A DNA stretch of 12,362 nucleotides from Octopus sinensis (taxonomy: Eukaryota). A model generated the notes under the pieces. It was not told where the DNA came from. It worked only from the letters and a program-made list of their open reading frames with translations, and did not search any database. The position numbers and the translations under genes were made by a program. How positions within the stretch are numbered: position 1 is the stretch's first letter; the number at the start of each line of letters is the position of its first letter. Of the stretch, positions 8,168 to 12,362 are shown one piece after another. The DNA is taken from assembly GCF_006345805.1 (NCBI RefSeq), contig NW_021826802.1, positions 1 to 12,362 of the forward strand. Direction: 5' to 3'.

Positions 8168-8532
8168 GTGAAGTGATATTATATCGCTCTAAAAGTGTCT
8201 TATATAGACATGTTTCTTAACTTCTATAGTGGTTTAAAATCGACACTAGTCCACTAGAATTAATTCCTAACTTTTTCAGCTCGTTCTCTATAACGTGATA
8301 ATCATGTTGTACTGCCGCGTAAATAATTAATTAGTACAATGTTGTTATATTTTATCATACAGGTTGGTGTCAGATGTAGTATATGCATCTCAGAGAGAAG
8401 GCAGTAAGTGTAAGACTAGGATATTTTATGGAAGGGACTGAAATTGGCTGAGCTGGTATACGAAATGCATCTGTATTACTTACGGTTTGTAAACTTACTC
8501 GGTAATATTCCTGTTATTGTGTGTGATCTGTC

Positions 8533-8622
8533 ATTATTATTATTATTATTTTTTCTTTCTTCTTTCAAATTTGCTTCCATTTCTTGCCGAGTGTCTTCCC
8601 GACTCCTAGGGCAAAGAAACTC
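8533..8622 (-). mobile_element. Short 3' end of a second RLE-clade (R4-like) retrotransposon with (TAA)n tail
   Basis: The minus strand reads CCCTAGGAGTCGGGAAGACACTCGG...AAATTTGAAAG, then an A-rich stretch and (TAA)6. The organisation resembles the 3' UTR at 8779-8850. Confidence 0.45.
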
Positions 8623-8698
8623 ATAGTATACATTGGTAGGCCATTAAACTAAACTCAATAGTTCGTTCATTTTTATTTTAAAGTTAAATTAAAATACA

Positions 8699-9526
8699 TA
8701 TTATTATTATATTATTATTATTATTATTATTATCATTATTATTATCATTATGATCATGATCATCATCATTATTATAATATGTTTGACTTTTGTTTTGTAT
8801 TTGTACAAGCTGTCTCCAAGTTTCACCCAGAGACCTCGAGAGACAAGTTAGAAGTTCAGACTGGTGTTATGCTTGGGGAGTCATATATATGGTTTTGCAC
8901 AAAATATTGTTCTAGAGAATGTTTAAGAAAACAAGATAATTTTGTTTTAAAATTTGAGATTACATAGAAAATATTTTACGTAGCATAAGGGCAGTTCCCA
9001 TGAGCACTATCTTTTGAATTTCTGCCATTTTGGGATTTCCAGGTATATGAGCTAGGTAGCAATCAGGCCCTTTTGCTATCATCTCTAGGGCACTTATGAC
9101 AACAGATATTGTTTTAGTCTTGAGGTACCACATTTTGCCAATTTCTATTTCAAGATCTTTATACTTGCTCAGTTCTTGGTAGGTTTTCACAGATACATTG
9201 ATGTTGACTGGGACAGTTATATCAATGAGGGGGCATGATTTTTGTCTGAACTCCTTCATTATAATGCCTGGCCTATTCGCATCTATCTTTCTGTTAGTTT
9301 GAACGGTGAAGATCTAGAGGAGTGAGACGTGGTTATTTTCGAGCACTGGAGGTGGTTTTTGTTCCCACCAGTTTTTTATCATAGGACAGGTCAAGTTTTT
9401 GCCAATTACCCAGTGAAAATATTATGCAGCTCTATCATGCCTGTTGAGATACTCTGTAGGCGCAAGAAGACTGCACATGGAGATAACATGATCGATGGTT
9501 TCATTTTGTTTATTACTATAACTCTA
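8699..9526 (-). mobile_element. 5'-truncated R4/Dong-like non-LTR retrotransposon (ORF end, 3' UTR 8779-8959, (TAA/TGA)n tail 8699-8778)
   Basis: See the pseudogene entry. The UTR is followed directly by a trinucleotide tail. Confidence 0.85.
8960..9508 (-). pseudogene. Decayed C-terminal zinc knuckle + restriction-like endonuclease (RLE) domain
   Basis: One frame of 183 codons with two internal stops: QNETIDHVISMCSLLAPTEYLNRHDRAA*YFHWVIGKN...WWEQKPPPVLENNHVSLL*IFTVQTNRKIDANRPGII...LIDITVP...KYKDLEIEIGKMW...VVISALEMI...LMGTALMLRKIFSM*. ET..H...C, RHD, and RP(D>G)...D..VP...KY.DL are hallmark RLE-clade motifs. Confidence 0.9.
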
Positions 9527-9539
9527 ATAAAAATAATAA

Positions 9540-9571
<32 letters not shown>

Positions 9572-9581
9572 TGATGATGAT

Positions 9582-9636
<55 letters not shown>

Positions 9637-9674
9637 TGATGATGATAATAATAATAATAATAAAAATAATAATA

Positions 9675-9715
<41 letters not shown>

Positions 9716-9760
9716 ATCACCATCATAATCATCATCAACATATCATCATCATAATTATTA
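9527..9760. repeat. (AAT/GAT)n followed by (TTA)n and (CAT)n
   Basis: Directly visible; the strand switches at 9675/9676. Confidence 0.95.
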
Positions 9761-9767
9761 TCTAAAT

Positions 9768-10009
9768 CGGTGAGCTGGCAGAATCGTTAGCACACCGGGC
9801 AAAATGCTTAGCGGTACGTTGCCCGTCTTTACGTTCTGAGTTCAAATTCCGCCGAGGACGACATTGCCATTCATTCTATTGGAGTCGATAAATTAAGTAC
9901 CAGACAAACACTGGGGTCGATGTAATCGATTGGTCTCATCCCCACCACTACGACCACGACCAAAATTTCAGACCTTTTGTCTATAATAGAAAAGATCATT
10001 ATCATTATT
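9768..10009 (+). mobile_element. tRNA-derived SINE (head H2 + core + tail T3)
   Basis: Colinear with the reverse complement of 8167-8000 up to GTCGATGTAATCGA, then a different tail (CAAAATTTCAGACCTTTTGTCTATAATAGAAAAG). Confidence 0.88.
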
Positions 10010-10010
10010 G

Positions 10011-10140
10011 CTTTGAGGCATTCTGTCTGTCTTCGCGCTCTGAGTTCCAATGCTGCTGGGATCGACTTTGCTTTTCATCTTTTCGGGGTCGATAAAATAT
10101 GCACCAGTTAAACACTGGAGTTCGATGAAATCTAAATTTG
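10011..10140 (+). mobile_element. 5'-truncated H2 SINE copy in tandem
   Basis: TCTGAGTTCCAAT...TCGACTTTGCTTTTCATCTTTTCGGGGTCGATAAAAT...CACTGGAGTTCGATG matches the H2 core. Confidence 0.8.
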
Positions 10141-10156
10141 ATTTCATCATCATCAC

Positions 10157-10200
<44 letters not shown>

Positions 10201-10415
10201 GACCTCCTGTTTAGGGATTCGATCCCATTGAGGAAACACATGGACAATAGTCTGTTACAAAGGCCTCGATTTGACAAAACTTCGAGAGTGAAACTGGGTA
10301 AACTAAACAGTGTAAATATAAATACACATATATTTATAAATATATATGTATATATATATATAGACACACACGCACACACACAAACACGCACACACACACA
10401 TAACAAACATACAAC

Positions 10416-10451
<36 letters not shown>

Positions 10452-10455
10452 CTTA
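10141..10455. repeat. (TTA)n and (TA)/(CA)n microsatellites
   Basis: Runs at about 10141-10200 and 10311-10455. Confidence 0.9.
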
Positions 10456-11124
10456 CGTACTTAATTCACATGACAAATGTACGAAGGTACACGTTTATAG
10501 AATACAAAAGCAAAAACTAGAAAACGGGTTAAACTCTACATCAAACACAAAAGAAATAAATTGACAGATACAGAGAAAGGAAGAAATGAAAGATAAAAAA
10601 TCAAGGAATGAAAAAAAAATACTGGAACAAAACGAAAAGATTGTTTTGAAAAAAGAAAAACATACCAACACAATATTAAAACAATAGAGAAAAATTGCAA
10701 ATCAAGACCCAATATATTTAATTTAAAAATACAAAAGAACTACAACAACAATAACAACAACGACGACAACAATACAGAGATTTTATACAAAACGTAAATA
10801 TGAATAAAAGATCTGAACAGAAAAAAGAAAAACGGGAGTGTATGGTGAATACAAAACACAAAAAAATACCCTCAAATGAAAAATGGAGGATTAAAGAAGG
10901 AAGTTAAGCAATGCCAAATGTCGGTAAGATGGACGCAGTGAAGTCGGTGGTGCATTTACATTTTTTTTTTATTAAATTATCCTTGGGAATTTGGTGCTCA
11001 AGCAAACATATAGGATTTTCAGGCACATATGCATAGGGCCCTGTTTCCTAAATCAATTTTCACTAAAAAAAATGCACTAAATACTGTCATATAAAAAGCA
11101 GACGGACAAATGGATACGGACACA

Positions 11125-11173
11125 TATACATACGTACGTACATGCATATGTATATGTATATGTTATATATATA

Positions 11174-11212
<39 letters not shown>

Positions 11213-11468
11213 TATTATATATGTGTATATATATACACATATATATATACATATATATATAACATATATATATACATATATATTATATAACATACATATA
11301 TATATATATACATATATATATATACATGCATATATATATACATAATATATATATACATATATATATATATACATATATATATATTATACATATATAATAC
11401 ACACATATACATATATATATATAAATGCATTTATATATACATATTTATACATATATATACATACATAT

Positions 11469-11501
<33 letters not shown>

Positions 11502-11775
11502 ATATCTATATATATTATAGTGTTATTATATTACACATATATATATACATATAGATATATATACATATATATATAACATATATATATCATATATACATAC
11601 ATATATATATATATACATATATATATACATGCATATATATATACATACATATATATACATATAGAGATATATACATATATATATATACATATATATATAC
11701 ACACATATACATCTATATAATAAAATGCATTTATATAGAATATTTATACATATATATATCTACATAATATGTTAA

Positions 11776-11812
<37 letters not shown>

Positions 11813-11866
11813 TGCATACATATATATATATGTGTGTGTACGTATGTATATATATACAGATAGAGA
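11125..11866. repeat. ~740-bp interrupted (TA)n/(TACA)n block
   Basis: Directly visible; source of the YI-rich ORFs. Confidence 0.97.
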
Positions 11867-12254
11867 GATAGAGAAGCTAACAAGACAGATAAATAGAAGG
11901 TGGCGTACGTTTATGATAAACTGCAGCAAGAGAGAAAAAAGTGAAAAAAAGAAATTTCAGGATTGGCATGAAACGAAGAGCATGTGCTAGAATTTATCAC
12001 TTTAATACCTGCAAATAAAGGTTACTATTTATTTGTACTGACTTCATAAGAACCAAAAGCAGAAGAATACAGAAAGAAAAAAAACATAACACTGAAAGAG
12101 AAACAATAAATTTCCTCGAACTGAGGATTCACTCAAGGGATGAAACTGCTAGCTGCTTTGAGATGTTTGAATACTTTGATAACCTCAAAAAATTTAATAT
12201 GTAATTATATTGAGTTTTGTGTCTCGAAGCTAGTAGTAATTACATAAATTTCTT

Positions 12255-12362
12255 CGATACATACACACATACAATACATATATAAATATATTAATGTGTG
12301 CACATATGTATGCATATCTATCTATCTACATATATATATATATATGTACATATATATATATA
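12255..12362. repeat. (TA)/(CA) microsatellite
   Basis: Directly visible; runs to the window edge. Confidence 0.9.

Noticed and set aside
8363-8403. Plus-strand 41-nt exon candidate (ACAG| ... |GTAAGT)
   Set aside because: Several GTAAGT hexamers occur on both strands nearby, consistent with chance. The peptide is uninformative.
339-11990. The many homopolymeric or dipeptide ORFs (poly-M/I/N/Y/V, CV, HT, YI)
   Set aside because: They are direct translations of microsatellites.
11895-12010. Minus-strand acceptor-like sites (TTTATTTGCAG|, TTTCTCTCTTGCTGCAG|)
   Set aside because: No convincing donor before in-frame stops; it cannot be supported without transcripts.
1-12362. CRISPR array, rRNA or prokaryotic operon
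   Set aside because: No regularly spaced repeat-spacer units, no rRNA signatures and negligible coding density.

Overview
AT-rich, microsatellite-dense eukaryotic non-coding DNA, very likely cephalopod (Octopus-like). That assignment is inferred from the repeat landscape and from SINE families recalled from memory, not from a search. No host gene can be identified; almost all listed ORFs are microsatellite artefacts. The only recognisable protein-coding remnant is a decayed 3' fragment of an R4/Dong-like non-LTR retrotransposon (zinc knuckle plus restriction-like endonuclease, 8960-9508, minus). The window also holds about ten tRNA-derived SINE copies or fragments built from shared modules. 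One of these is young and has a perfect 17-bp target-site duplication. The most unusual locus is 5298-5910, a roughly 600-bp fold-back structure. A single tRNA-like Pol III head (A and B boxes) sits in the loop, flanked by (TTA)n/(TAA)n tracts and two inverted ~119-bp modules of about 88% identity. Each module carries a Penelope-type minimal type-I hammerhead ribozyme motif; the left copy has an intact core and the right copy has a core mutation.
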